Shown here: positions 11,919 to 25,105 of the stretch, in pieces
Layout of the letters: every line of letters starts with the position of its first letter
Position numbering within the stretch: the stretch's first letter is position 1
Origin: Lama guanicoe
Lineage: Eukaryota
Length of the DNA stretch: 64,000 bases
Reading direction: 5' to 3'
Assembly: GCA_013239625.1 (NCBI GenBank)
Contig: MU054662.1
Span: 13,815,798-13,879,797 of the forward strand
Notes under the pieces: generated by a model
The model's database searches: none
What the model was told of the DNA's origin: nothing
The model's input: only the letters and a program-made list of their open reading frames with translations
Made by a program: the position numbers and the translations under genes

Positions 11919-12507
11919 AAAGGCTGCTGTCGAGGGGACTTGGCGACGTTACTTTGTAGAGTCATCACTCTACTTATTCGATAGTTTAGACATCTGGGGT
12001 TTATAGCTGTTTCCACCAGGAGAGAAAAGGTGGGGAAAGAAGGAAAGGGAGCCTCACCAAACAGGTCCCACTGCTGCCAAGTGAACAAAATTACCTTCTA
12101 ATCAAATGCACCATTAAAAGTGTGGACATGAGAGCCCGGCGCCGACAGCTTCACGAGCGAGGCGTCTGTGGCTAATGAGGCTGTAGTGCCTCTGTAGGTG
12201 GGACTCACCAAGGGGCTGCGGACTCCTCTACCCTCGCTTCCACCATCAGGGCCCCCTGGCACGCGGGCCCTGTTCTGGGCCCACCCCTGGCCTGGTCTGG
12301 CAGGTGACCAAGGGCAACGCCACCTTGGACAGCGTAGCAGCCAAGGTTCTTTTATGAAAGACCAATAGCAACCTTTGCAGAAATATATTTAGACACCATG
12401 TGGACCAGAAGAGATGCCGGTTCTGCACTTCCTTCCGGGCTGGGGAGGCAGGACAGGGGGAGACGCAGCTGCATCCCCAGCTGCTGCTCTGTCCTTCGTC
12501 GGAGGAG

Positions 12508-13027
12508 TGAAGGGGTTCAGGGCATGTCACCCCCAAATATACCACTTTCCTCTATTGGGTATTTTGAGCTGAAGGCACTTGAGAAATAGCAGGTGCAGGA
12601 AGGGTTCTCTGCCCTCCCCCTTTCTACCTAAAAGCAGGACATGACATTTCCCGGGAGAAAATTTCCACGCACCAGGACGGGAAGGACATCCTTATCACCA
12701 GAGACTGGGAGTCGGCACCAAAAAGGACCCGAGCGAACAGACCCCCTGAAACGCCCCAGATCCTCCCCTGGTTTCCCCGTATGCTAGCGTCCTAGTCCCC
12801 GTCCCACAACTTACCAGCCATGGTTCAAGTGCCCTTTTGTCTTGTCATGTCTCCACTATTTATCACTCTTTGTTAAAATGGTCTATGAAGCCCCTAAGGT
12901 CACATACAAATATGAACATCAAGTAAAATCTGAATGCTTTTCTCCTGTTAACGGGTCTCTTGTCAGCTTAATTCACAGGCCCTCGTCACAGAACTTAAGA
13001 GGTGGAGGAAGGCTCTCCTCCCCTACA
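12508..13027 (+). mobile_element. Solo LTR, ERV1 class, MER34-like
   Basis: TG..CA termini. Begins TGAAGGGGTTCAGGGCATGTCACCCCCAAATATACCACTT..TATTTTGAGCTGAAGGCACTTGAGAA and ends ..GCTTTTCTCCTGTTAA..GTCAGCTTAATT..CTCCTCCCCTACA, which are MER34-family hallmarks. Confidence 0.8.
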
Positions 13028-14825
13028 GATGAGAGCAGAATGCCCCGGGGCAGGGGTCACCGGCGCAGACCACCAGCCTGCCCATGGAGACCAGCAGCTG
13101 GTCCCCCGGCTCTGCACTCCTGGCCGATGCCGGACAATCTAAGTGACTGCAGAGCTGAGCCGCGTCAGCACCAACCTGGAGAAGAGCAACGTGCCCACAC
13201 AGGTGCCCCGGAGGACAAGGAGCCCATGGGGGCAGAGTTATAAGAAATTCATCAGAGCCGCTGGCTGCCTGTCCTTCTTAACAGACGCTGGCATGGCTCC
13301 TACGTCCCAATTCTTTAAAGAGTCCAGATCCTCAGTTTCCTCAAAAATATCCCAGTTTCCATTTTTTTAATGACTAACAAAAGTCTTTGGACTTTACCCC
13401 CAAGCCCCTTTGGAGAGTAACTCAGTAGCCTCTTCTGTCTCCAGGCAAAACCACACCAGCCAGTGAAAACCTGCCCTTTTCCTATCAAAGCACCATTTTA
13501 ACCTAATGACTCAGAATCATAAAAAATGCAGGAACGGAAGCGCCCTCCTGGTGTGAAGCCCAGAAAGCTAAGGGAGGCACCCGAGGCCACACAGGTCACC
13601 TAAGGGACGGGGCACAGCTGGTCTCAGGAAGGGCCAGCCCGGCGGTGTCTGCCGCGCTCCGCCAGGGTGGGCAGGGAGCTGACCAGCCCCTCCTCCTCCG
13701 CCTTCTGTGCAATGAAGACAGTCATTAAATCGCCCCAGTCCATCTCCTGAACGGTGCCAGTTCTTTGGCCTTTCCGTGGCGGTTTTATTCTCTAAACTCC
13801 TTAATCACGTTGGAATTTTTCCACGCCATTCTTAGCTCTCTGAGCCAAGAAGGGAGCCAGGAGGGAGCCCGGGGAGGCTGAGCGGGGGGCGCATGTCATC
13901 TGATGGGAGCAATCAAAGCCCCAGTCGCCTGGCCGAGCCCCTTCGATGGTGGGACTGATCAAGGACGGTGGCGCCCCACTCTGAGGCCGTGCTGACTGCC
14001 ATGCGTGGCCCATCAGGTCCCTGGGAGCTGAATGACGGATGGACAGCAGCGCTCGGGAGCTGTGAGCCAAGATAAGCCGATCGCGTTTCACGCTTTGGGG
14101 GCTGCGCGGTGCTGGCCGGCCGCCGCAGGGGTCGCCGAGAATCCTTTCCTCACCCAGCGCCGCTGCTCTCCCGCCAGATAACGGTTCTGCACAGTCAGTC
14201 GCATTTTGTGCCTTTGTGTTTTCCTCTGAATCAGAGTACCCCACAGGAAATTCCTGGAGGCGGGAACCCTTGTAGGAGACGGACTCGGCCCAGTTGCTCT
14301 CCCGAAAATTGAGGCAGGTGATGATTTATGTAACCCGAGCAGCAGACGTTCACGTGGGGGAGGGAAGTGAGAAGGGAGACAGGGGAATAAAAGGCAGAAG
14401 GGGAAGGAGGAACGAGGGGGGAGGGAGAGCAGCTCGGAAGGCATCGAGCGTGTTCACTCAGACCCACCACGGAACAAGGCAGGCCTGTGTCGGCACTGGC
14501 TTCCCGGCCGGGCAGCACCAGAACACACCGCGCACCTGCTCCCAGGAGCCGGGGACCCGAGGCTGCTAGGAAACCGAACCCCGCTTCAGCCCCCTGCAAG
14601 GTCACTCTTGTGGCTCCACACAAATAAAGACACCCCGGGGACCAGAAGGACTCCTTGCCCTGGTGACCGATCTCCCGGCCACGGCCACTTTTGGTGCATC
14701 TACTTAGGGAACTGACAGCCGGGTGGCGAGTCTGCATCAGAGCGTGAATTTAGACTTGACCACTGCCCCACTCTGCTCTGTGAGCTACAGAGACCTGGAC
14801 TTTCCTCCTCAAAGTCAGTCTCCGC

Positions 14826-15057
14826 CAGGGCTGCTCTGCACAGTGGCCGTCACCCACGTGCGGCAACAGCCTGAGAAACGAGGCTGCGGCTGAGATGCGA
14901 TCTCCCTGTCAAACAGATGCTAACTTTGAAGACTTTGTACCAAAAGAAAGGATCTCAGTAAATTTATGTTACTGGCTGAAATTATAGCATTTTAAAGCTA
15001 ATTTCACTGATTCACTTTGAAATGTGGCTCACACTGCGCTTCCAGTGGACAGCACTG
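14826..15057. mobile_element. MER33/MER3-like hAT-Charlie DNA transposon remnant
   Basis: Ends ATGTGGCTCACACTGCGCTTCCAGTGGACAGCACTG, a TIR-like sequence. Internal TGAGATGCGA..TTTGAAGACTTTGTAC resembles MER33. Confidence 0.65.
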
Positions 15058-17640
15058 GTCTGGCTGGAAGCACAGGCTGGCGGCTCCACGGCCTGGCCGT
15101 CTGAGTAGCCCTTCCCGAGGGCCTGAAGACCCTGCTGCGGAGGGGTCTCCTCTGCTCCACGCAAAGAAGCCGCGTTCCGTTTAAGCGGAGATTCATCAGA
15201 GGCTGCCCTGCCCAGTCCTGGAGGGGGAAGGAGGGTGTTCTGTGTTCATTAGTTAATATTTGCCAAGTGCTTTGAAGATGAAATGCGCTACATAAATGCT
15301 AATAACGGCCACTGCACCGCTGTGGGCCTTTCATCTGGGGATTTCAAAGTCCCACTCACAGGCAGGCAGGGCTGTTCCATTCCCCTAACGTTAATTGTGC
15401 CTCACTGGGGCGCTGGATCATTATCTTTCTGGCCATCGGGCCCAGAGAAGCTGGGGGGAGAGAGAGAGGGGCCTTGGTCGGTGGGGAGGGCTCCCGGCCC
15501 AGGCCGGGGCCAGGCTGCCTCGGGGCTGGACTCTCCTACAACGGAGGAGGGGTGCCCTGGAAGACGACCCCGGAGACGGCCACCATTCAGCACCTTCCCT
15601 GGCCCTCTCTGCAGGGTTTCCGCAGAGCTGAGCAGGCACCGCACCCAGCAGGTGCCGACGTGCTGAGCCGTTCGGTGGAGAAGGGTCTGTCCTGGGTGGT
15701 GGACGCCGCAGCCTGAGGCAGGAACGGCCCCGGGGCTGTCATGCAGCGTTTCGTCCCATGCAGCCCCGCCCTCACTGGGCCCCCGACCGTGTTCTGCCGT
15801 CTGCAGCAGGTCGACAAGAAGGAAATGGCACGTGATGCCATGCTTAGTCACTAGATCGTGCCAGCCTGTGCAGACAGAAAGGGGCACGGAGGGGCCTGTG
15901 TCTCTGCGGCCTGGCCCCAGCCCAACCTCAGGGGCCAGGTGCCCGGAGGCCTGGAGGAAGGTCACAGCCCCGGCTGCTAGGGCGCCCCTCCGGCATGAGG
16001 CCGGAACGTCGGAGCCCACCAGGCGCAGAGCCACAATGTGACGTCCCCTCCGAGGGGAAGTTCCTTTATGCTAATGAAAGCCACCAGGAAGCCAGGCAGT
16101 GTGATGACGAAGCCGGGGCCCCACTGCTCAGGAAGGATGGCCGAGAGGCCTCATCCCTCGCACCAAGTGAGGGGGGAGCAGAGCGCCCGGGACACAAGGA
16201 GCCGGGAGTGACAGGCACCCCCCACGGCGGGGGCGGGGGCTGGGTGCGCGCGCGCAAGCTTTCATAAAAAGGAATAAAATGTGTCATTTCAGATTGAGTA
16301 AGCCGAACATTGCTAATTAAGAAATTACTTAATTATGAAGAAAATAAGATGAAAGTAGTTTGCCCTTGAAGGAAGAAAATCTTTGATTTGCTAAATCAAG
16401 GAAATGATTAGATTCAAACATTAAATAAGTAGAAATGGCTTCAACAAAAGCACAGAAACGTGGGCACCGCACGGGCCACCTCGAAGCCCTGCCTTTGCCG
16501 CTGAAGCTCCGCCTGCCCTGCCCCTTCCTGCAGCGAGCCCGTCTGGGAGGGGCCGGACCCTCACCCTCGGACGCCGAGGGGGCGGCAAGCCAGACTCCTG
16601 CCAGGGCGTCTCTCCATGACGGTCCACCCGCCACCCCGTGACTGTTCTAGCCCCTGCCCCCACTGGGGGGTCTCCCCCAGGCTCCCCCCTCCAAGAGCCC
16701 ACAAGAACCCGACCTGGCTTTACGTTTTTGGAAACCCCGGCAGAGTTTTCTCAGGTTTGCATAAAGAAAGTAATGTGACTGCTGGACTCACACCTTCTCA
16801 GGAGAGTCTGTGTCCGAGAAGAGCTTGCTGACGTCCTGTCTCGAGGAATCTAACAGCACAGGGCGCCGGTGCTGCTGTGACTCTGGTCCTGACAAGGGGG
16901 CTGATGCGTCTCTGCCTTCGGAGGAGAGAAACCCGCCTCCCAGTTGCCCAGGGCGGCGTGCAAGGCTGCGCTGCTGAGAGCCTAGGCCACCTCAGAGCAC
17001 CCGCGCAGGGCGCCCAGGTGGATGCGAGTCCCTCCCTCCGTCCGAGAGAGACCCGGAGAACCCCGGCTGACCTCCCGGCTGTCGTGCTGGCGAGCTTCCC
17101 ACCAGAAGCCACAGAGCGAGCCCTCAGGAAATCTGCAGCCGCAGCAGGGAGAGCTCTTCAGGGAAACCAGGAAAGCCACCCATTAGAATCTGAGCAGCAG
17201 AACGGATTTCATTTTTTTAAGCAGACTATACCGGGTACCAGCAAGGTCAGTCTATGAAGACCTGAGAATTAACGCCTGGTGGAGATTTCCTGAGTGCGGG
17301 CACACATGCACACCAATCAATCCAGCCTCTACTGAATGAGAGACAAACAGACCGGGGACACAGACAGGAGGCGCAGCTCAGTCCCCGTAACGTCTCAGAG
17401 TGTTTAACGTGAACGTCCGTGCTGTTGGCCATCACCTGATTATGGGGTCGGTGGGGCTCCGGGGAGGCTGTGAATCCCAGCTCCCTCTCCTGGTAACGCG
17501 TGTATTCGGTTGATTTTCACATTTGCTGTCGCTCGGCATTCTTGTGAATCATGCTGTCGCCCGTCAGGAACCAGAGCCACCCGATCGGGGGCCGGGGTGC
17601 TGAGCTGGAGGCGGGCGGGCCTCTGGAGGGCCCACTTCTT

Positions 17641-17794
17641 TTGTTATGAGTATTATTATTATTATTCTTTTTTAATTTGGGGTGGGGCAGGAGAAAGGTC
17701 TATTTGCTTACGTTTTTAATGGAGATACAGGGTAACTGAATGCAGGACCTCGTGCACGCTGAGCGCGCTCTGCCCCTGAGCGCTGCCCTCCTCA
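17641..17794 (-). mobile_element. Camelid tRNA-derived SINE (Vic-1-like) with 17-bp TSD
   Basis: (TAT)n/T tail, then TTTTTAATGGAGATACAGGG..GAATGCAGGACCTCGTGCACGCTGAGC..CTCTGCCCCTGAGC..CCCTCC (reverse of B-box/A-box head). Flanked by CTGGAGGGCCCACTTCT (17623-17639) and CTGGAGGTCCCATTTCT (17795-17811). Confidence 0.8.
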
Positions 17795-19732
17795 CTGGAG
17801 GTCCCATTTCTGATTCACTCTCTCAGTTCAGACGGGCCCCGGCCTCCCCCTGAGTGCTCTCAGTCCTGGAAACCTCCAGGAATCTCACTAACATTAGCCC
17901 TCGGGCTTCGCTCCATAAAACCTCCAGCGCAGCCCCCTCCGCCCCCCCGTATGCCAGTGGCTCAGCTCTTCCCCTTCCCCTAACCCTCTCCGACCCCGGG
18001 GAGGGGAGCAGGTGCGACAGGACAGATTCCGTCGTCGTCGAGCAGAAGGAACACAGACCAGTTAACCCTGGATTCTCCGCGACAGTCCTCCCGTCCCCTT
18101 GCACTTGGCATGCGTTAGAGCTAATGATACGATGAAGCGCGACAGCAATGACACGTCATCCCCTGGGACGCCCGCCATCCGTACGACAGTGCCAGTCACT
18201 TTTTAAATCCTCACCACAAGCAAGTAACAAAGTAAGCAGACAAGTAAAACACAGCAGGAAGGCAACGAGCCCAGGGGCTCAGGCGGTGCGTTCAGCCCAG
18301 GGCGGGCGTGTTTAGGGCCACCAGTTCCCTCCCTCTCTCCCCACCTCCCTCCCACAAACCAGTGCCGAGGAACGCCGTGTCCCAGGTGCCGCGGCCCGAA
18401 GCCAGGACGCTGCCCCAGGTGTTGGCTCTGCCTTCGAAGCCGCGCTCCATCCAGGGACAGCAAGACCCCAGTTCACTGAGACACTAAAGCAGATGCTGGA
18501 GTCAGGGCGTTAAAAACGACCACAGAGCATCAGGAAAGGGGGAATTAAGTGTCACTAGGAAAGCTCTGACAGGAGGTGACGAGGAGGAGGAGGGACATCT
18601 GAGTGCAGCCCCACCAAGACCGCGACGGCGGGGAGCGGGGCGTGCGCCTGGTCACTTCACACCTGGACTCCGCTCAGCATCCCGGGTAGGGAGGAGTCGG
18701 TGAGGAGCCTGCGGTGGTGGGTCGGGGTCAGAGAACAGAGTCATCTGGGGGCCACGCCCAGATGGTGTCATCTCCCAGGTGTCTGAGGCTCTTCAACGGG
18801 GAAAGGAAAGGTGTGTTTTCTAGGAAGGCCGCTGTGGCAGCAGAGGGAGCCCGGGATGGAGAGGCGTCCGGGCGCCGGTGCTGTCCCCACAGCCGGGCTG
18901 AGGAGGGAGGGTGCGAACGAGAGACCCTGACGGGGGGGAGGACAGGCGCTCCGCAGACTCACCGGCCCCCAAGTCACGTCGTGGGTGGAGGGAGGGGAGT
19001 CAAAGGAGAGCCGACAGGTCCAGGCTCGGGCATCTGGGGACAGCTGGCGGGAGGCAGGTGTGTCTGGAGTGACCGTAAGCAGAGGCCTATAAGCCGTCCA
19101 CTGCTTCATGGGGCCCCAGAGGACCCTCACGAGAATCATCAAGTTAACCACGCGTCTGACAAGCCCCTTAAACGCAGCACCAAGTTCGAAACAGGGAAGG
19201 AGCTGGCGCGCAGACACACCAACAGGCAGCGAAGCCGAATTACAAGTCCACCTGGATTCAAAGGCACGTCGGGCCTTTTAAAATGCACGGGGGGGGGGGC
19301 AGGACATAATGAAGATTTAAATATAAGCTAATGCCGATCATTCAAGGCGTATTTTATAAAACTAGGATGGATGTCCGTACTTTGTCCACGTCTTCCTTGT
19401 CTTACTCAAGGAAACCCACCGGAAACCCCTCCAAATTCTCTGGCCTGGTTTGAACGATCCTTTCAGAAGACTCCACAAACTCCTAGCGTGACACGGCCCA
19501 GCTGACGCTGCCATTCACCCACCAGTGGGCGGCCCGCATTTTTTGCTACCAAAGCTGGAGTAACTTAACCACAGATGTATACTCCTAAGCACACGGCTTC
19601 CAGCCCTGCGGGGCAGCTCCCCGGTCTTCCGAGGGCAGGGCCGCTGCGGCCAGCCCAGGGCTGTGCGGACTTCTGGTTTCAGCGGGGAGGCTGGTGAGGG
19701 TTGTGACGCGCAGCCGTGAAGAACGCAGCCGC

Positions 19733-19870
19733 CTGGGCTCCCCCCGGCTTGGCCACTGATCCTGGGAACTTACTACACTCTCTGTGCCTCAGCCTCCTTC
19801 TGTGCAGCGGTGGGACGTGCGTCCCTTCCTCACAGGATATTTGCACGATGATTAGGAGTTAGTGTATGTC
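19733..19870 (+). mobile_element. MIR SINE fragment
   Basis: CTTACTACACTCTCTGTGCCTCAGCCTCCTTCTGTGCAGCGG..CCTCACAGGATATTTG. Confidence 0.65.
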
Positions 19871-19982
19871 CCAATGCACTTGTACGTGTAATTATATGCA
19901 CACAGTGTCCGGATTTCCTGGTGCCTCCTTCGAGTAAAGTCACCATAACATTTACAGTTATTACTCCTTAAAGAAAAGACAT

Positions 19983-20437
19983 TGGAATACTACTCAGCCA
20001 AAAAAAGGAATAAAATAATGCCATTTGCAGCAACATGGACAGACATGGAGATCGTCATTCTAAGTGCAGTCAGCCAGAAAGAGAAAGAAAAATACCATAT
20101 AATATTGCTTATATGTGGAATCTAAAAAAAAAAGACACAAATAAACTTATTTACAAAACAGAAACGGACTCACAGACATAGAAAACAAACTTATGATTAC
20201 CAGGGGGAAGGGGGTGGGAAGGGATAAAATGGGAGTTTGAGATTTGCAGATACTGACTACTATATACAAAATAGATAAACAATAAGTTTCTTCTGTAGAG
20301 CACAGAGAGCTATATTGACTATCTTGTAGTAACCTATAATGAAAACGAATGTATGTGTGCACATGTATGACTGAAACATGCTGTGCACCAGAAATTGATG
20401 TGACATTGTAAACTGACTAGACTTCAATTAAAAAAAA
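19983..20437 (+). mobile_element. 5'-truncated L1 (ORF2 end + 3' UTR + poly-A), relatively young camelid type
   Basis: GGAATACTACTCAGCC..ATAATGCCATTTGCAGCAACATGG (ORF2 C-terminus), 3' UTR, then CTTCAATTAAAAAAAA. AAAAGACA occurs on both sides as a probable TSD. Confidence 0.95.
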
Positions 20438-20504
20438 GACAGAAAACACACTATAAAATCAACAGGACTCATTTTATAACCTTCACTGTCCATCGCACAC
20501 ACTT

Positions 20505-20737
20505 CCAGCTGAATGTGGGATGATTTTAGGAGGTACACAGATGAGATTATTTCAATGTTATTCATTAATCACAATATATTAGAGCAAAAGATACTTCTGT
20601 CCATTTACAGCCATAATATGCATTTGTTTAAAAGTAAGTTTGAGTAAAAGGTGAACAGCCTTTAATTAGAAAATCTGTGTGTTGATAACAGGTTATACAC
20701 AAACATGGCAAAAATGTACAGTTTGGGAATAACTGGA
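20505..20737. mobile_element. MER113-like hAT-Charlie remnant
   Basis: TGATTTTAGGAGGTACACAGATG ... ATGGCAAAAAT..AGTTTGGGAATAACTG resembles MER113 ends as I recall them. Confidence 0.45.
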
Positions 20738-20754
20738 ATTCTGTGTTTTTTCAC

Positions 20755-22238
20755 GTATTTTCCCCACTTTATGGAGATAAAGTTAGTACACAGCGCTGTG
20801 TGAGCTTAGAGTGCACAGCGTAATGACTTGACTCAAATCTGTTGTGACGTGATGACCACAAGTTTCGTCAACACCCGTCATCTCATGGGATGATGGTGAC
20901 AGCCCTTGGAATCCACAGTGTTCAAGTGCACCACGCAGTCACCGCGTCAGCAGCACGTCTCCGGTGCTGCCTTATCTCACAACTGGAAGTCTGTCCCTTT
21001 GGCTGTTTCCATCCAACTCCTCTTCCCCCTGCTCCCCGCCTCTGGTAACCACAAGTCTGATCTCTTTCTCTGTGAGTTTGTGGGGCTTCTTTTTTAGCTT
21101 CTACACGTAAGTAAGAGCATACAGCATTTGTGTTTCCCTGTCTGACTAGTTCACTTAGCGTAGTAACTTCAAAGTCCATCCATGTTGTTGCAAATGGCAG
21201 GATTCCCTTTTCTGTGGCTGAATCATCTACACACACACACACACGCACCATATAAGTAAATTAACGTGTATGTAGAATTGTTTATCACGACTTCTTCACC
21301 TCCCTGCTTGCCAGTGCTCAGCTTGTTTCCACGTGTGGACTATTGTAAATGATGCTGCAGCGAACGGGGGGTGCAGGCATCTCTTCAACATACAGCTTTT
21401 GTTTCCTTTGAACACATTCCCAGAAGCGGAACTGTTGGATCACATGGTGGTTCTATTGTTAAGTTTTTGAGGAGTCTCCACGCTGTTTTCCATAGTGGCT
21501 GCACCCATTTACATTCCCACCGAGAGCACGCAGGTTCCCCTTCTCCGCATCCTCGCCGACACGTGTTCTCTCACGTCCTCCTGATGCTGGCCATTCTGAC
21601 AGGTGCGAGGCGGTGCCTCACTGTGGTTCGAGCTGCATTTCCCCGAAGATTCCGTGATGCTGATCACCTTCTCATCAGCCTGCGGGCCATGCACACATCT
21701 TCTTCGGAAAAAAATCTCAGTCCAGATCCTTTGCCCACTTCTCAGTTGGACTATTTTGGGGCTTTTCGCTATTGGGTTGTGTCAGTTCTTTGCACATTTT
21801 GAATATTAAGCCCTTATCAGGGACATGATTCGTGAACAGTCTGCCCATTCTGCAGGCTGCCTTCACTCTGCGGGTCGTTTTTTCTGCTGTGCAGAGCCTC
21901 CCACTGTGATGTGGTCCCACTTGTTTGTTTTTGCTTTTGTTTGTGGTTTAGGTGTCGTATCCAAAAAAATCCTTGCCAAGACCTACGCCAGAGAGCTCTG
22001 TTCCCACAAGTCCTTCAAGGGGTCTCACGGCGTCAGGTCTCAGACTTCAGCCTTTAATCCATTTTGAGTTAATCTGCACGGGTCGTGTGAGACAGGGGTC
22101 TGAGTTCATTCCCTTATGTGTGTTTACCCCGTTTTCTCAGCACCACTTATTGAAGACTGTCTCTTCTCCACTGAGAATTCTTGTCAAATGTGAGTTGACT
22201 GTATATGCACCGTTTACCTCTGGCTCTAGGGTTCTCGT
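20755..22238 (-). mobile_element. Older L1 (L1MA-like) 3' portion with degenerate ORF2 C-terminus
   Basis: Minus-strand translations LCTAEKTTRRVK..FTNHVPDKGLIFKMCKELTQPNSEK..EKWAKDL (21717-21920) and ILPFATTWMDFEVTTLSE (20922-21251) match L1 ORF2p motifs. The frame is broken by shifts and stops. Confidence 0.92.
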
Positions 22239-22321
22239 ATTATTATCATGCATGCTTCAATTCTTCTCTATGCATTTGTTATAAATTCCTCTGGGTAAAT
22301 TCTATTAACTAGCACCTGCCC

Positions 22322-22530
22322 CCGGTAATAGGCTGGTAAACTAGCTCTCTGAAAAAAAAAGAGGAAGAAGAAAGAAGGAAGTCTCTTAAATGCACTGTTT
22401 GCTGGTTTCTGCGAGGTGACTACTCCCACCAGGGCCAGTCTGACGTTGCCGGTGCTTTAACCCCGCCGGCAGAATTCCTGGACATTCGGCGTGCAGCCCC
22501 CACATACCCACAGGCACCAGCTCCGTATCA
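22322..22530. mobile_element. MER63-like hAT-Blackjack remnant
   Basis: GCTGGTAAA..AGCTCTCTG-A-run, TTTGCTGGTTTC..TACTCCCACCAGGGCCAG, TTTAAC..AGAATTCCTGGA; colinear with MER63 as I recall it. Confidence 0.6.
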
Positions 22531-24592
22531 GGCTTGACTGCTGAGGTCATCCTGGTAACGGAAGTGGATAAAACCAGGCATGAACACAGCGCTCAGAAGC
22601 CAGTAAGTCCCATTTCTCCCTCTTGAGGCTGTATTTCTGTCTCGATGATCTTCAGTTTCAAAGACGTGAAAGAAGTGACCAGTCCTGAACGGGGTTCAAG
22701 TGTTTCGGGAGGGCTGAGGGTTCCTGGAGGGCAAAACTCTGGGAAATGGTCTCCCCACGGGGTGGCTCCCACTCTGCCGTGATGCCACAAATGGCAGGCA
22801 CCGTGGTCAAAGGTTCTGCACCTGCACCCCGCGCAGGTGTGTGGCTCCTGCTCGCGGAAGCCCGTCCTCCGTGCCCCAGGGCTACCGGAGCCCTCGCACC
22901 CGCAGCCGCACCTCCCCGTCCACGTGGCTGTAGCTTCCTCAAGCCCTGAGCGTCTTCTCCCTTCCTATCTCAGGCCTAGAAGCTGTGCACACGCGACAGT
23001 CGTTTGCCGAGTAGATGAATACGCCAACACCCCTTTAGTTAGCGGGATGCAGGAGTTTCCCATTTGACTCCCTAACGTGATGGGCGAGAAACGAGGCCAG
23101 TGCAGGTGGTGGTTCTTCCAGGGGGCACACCCGTCTGACGGCAGCGGGCAGGTGGGAGCTCAGGCGTCTGATTCTCAGCGTGCATCTTCTGTTGTGTGAC
23201 CAAGGGAGTCGGCATCGGCCCCACTCCTGCATCCGTAACCACCTTGCGACTTGTGTCAACCATGCATTCGGCCACCAGACAACCGTGAACTAGGCACCTG
23301 ATCCACGCCAGGTGTTCCAGCCTTTCCTCTTCCTCCCCATCCTTCCTCCGACCTCCCTTTTCTTTCCTCATGGACACCAATCTACCTGAACACCTTTGGG
23401 GCAACTTCTGGAAATCACAAGGCCAGGACTATTAATCCTACTGATGGCCTTTGGATTTGCGGTGGGATGGCACCTGGGGCTGAGCGAAGGCCTCCACTTG
23501 CTCAGCTGCTGAGAATTTCAGGCGCTTCAGTGTGGCCCCCAGTCCTGTGTGCTCCTGCCCGTGTGACAGCCACCAACAGCGATGTCTCCCCGGGCCCCTC
23601 CCCGGGGTCCCCAGGCCTGAGCTCACACAGGCTGGTCATTGGCACAACCTGCTGGCCCCAGGCCCTGCCAGCGGAATGCCACCCAGCTTGGGAAGGCCAC
23701 ACAGTCACAGTCCGTACGGAGCGACCGTCCTTCGGTGCCTGGGAGTGGGGCTCGGAGGGAAGAACAAACACGTCTGCTGAGGAGGAGAGGCGGGTCTGGA
23801 GGTGGGCGAGCCTCGCACACAAGCACACGTCTGCACGCGTGGGGAGCCGCAGGCCCCTGTGTGTCAGGGCGCGCCTGCGGGCTCGTGTGGTGCAGACACA
23901 CCTGCCCGTTCATCCCAGCAGCGAGGGACACACCTGCTGCCTGGAGGGGACAGCCCACCCCGTCACAAAGCCTCGGCTTCTGCCCACATCCTCCTGAGGC
24001 GACACAGGTGCCCAGGGAGCGGGAACCCCAGGCTCTGTGCTTCCATTTCGCTCAGACGGGAGGGCCTCCCGGCACCGTCCTGGGGACAGCGGACAGGTCC
24101 CTTCTGCAAAGCCCTTCTGTGGCACAGCCGTCTCTCACCCTCCACCCACCCAGTTCTGGTGACCCAGCCACCAGGACACCCGACGGCCAGAGGGGCCGGA
24201 TGCCGGGGCCCCGGGGCCCTGCCTGAGGCCTGCAGGGGCTGCGGAGAACACTTCCTAAGCATCTGCTCTGTGTTTCCGGGAAAAACTGCAGGGGAAACAG
24301 AAGGCGTTGGCAGGCTTTGCGCTGGAAATCTGGATAATCCATTTGAAACCTCAAGGCCTGGGCAGAAGTAATGTAAAAATTAAATTAACACAGAAGTACA
24401 GAATCTGTCTTCCTGGCGCTGAGACAGCCTCACCTTAGATTTCAAATTTCAGAGTAGATAAAATCACAGCTGGGACGCCTTCAGCCTCCCCGAGGCTCTC
24501 ATCCCACAGTCGGGGACCCTGAGGCCCAGGACGGGGACGACGCCCGTCCCAGAGGCGGCAGGAGGAAGTGCCCCGTGAGGGTTTGTTTCTTC

Positions 24593-24795
24593 AGCAAGCA
24601 TTTTTGCACGCTGGGCCTGGCCCTGAATGCTCTCCAAGTGTAAGCACATTTAATTCTCACCCCACATTTATGGGCTTGCGTGACTGACAGCATCATCACC
24701 TTCTCCAGGTTCCAGAAGTGGGAACGGAAGCACAGAGAGGGTCAGCAATTTGTTCAAGGTCACACAGTAGGTAACCGTCCAAGCTGGGAAGTGTT
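24593..24795 (-). mobile_element. MIR SINE
   Basis: GGGAACGGAAGCACAGAGAGGGTCAGCAATTTGTTCAAGGTCACACAGTAGGTAA. Confidence 0.8.
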
Positions 24796-24964
24796 CAGAA
24801 GGTTTTCCCTATCTTTTCAGTGAGGCTGGCCTGAGATCTTCCGTCTGGCCCTGCACCCAGTACGGGCTCATGGGGTCCTGGATGGGGGCCCTTCTCTCGG
24901 TCCTGGTGGAACCATAAACCGAAGCACGCACGGCAGACGCGTGAGGGCGCCTGGAAACCAGCGC

Positions 24965-25105
24965 AAACTTCAGAGTCCTCAACTTTGGAATCAAGAATGG
25001 CAACACCACCTTCCTGTCCTAATTCACGAGACTCGTTTGCAAATCAACAGAAAAAGTACGTGCAATAATACGTCTTTGTAAAACCGTGCACAGCTATGTG
25101 ACTGT
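24965..25105 (+). mobile_element. MIR-family 3' fragment
   Basis: CCTAATTCACGAGACTCGTTTGCAAATCAA..GTCTTTGTAAAACCGTGCACAGCTATG resembles the MIR/MIR3 tail. Confidence 0.4.

Noticed and set aside
17700-17794. tRNA gene
   Set aside because: The tRNA-like boxes belong to a decayed SINE with a tail and TSD, and no cloverleaf can be formed.
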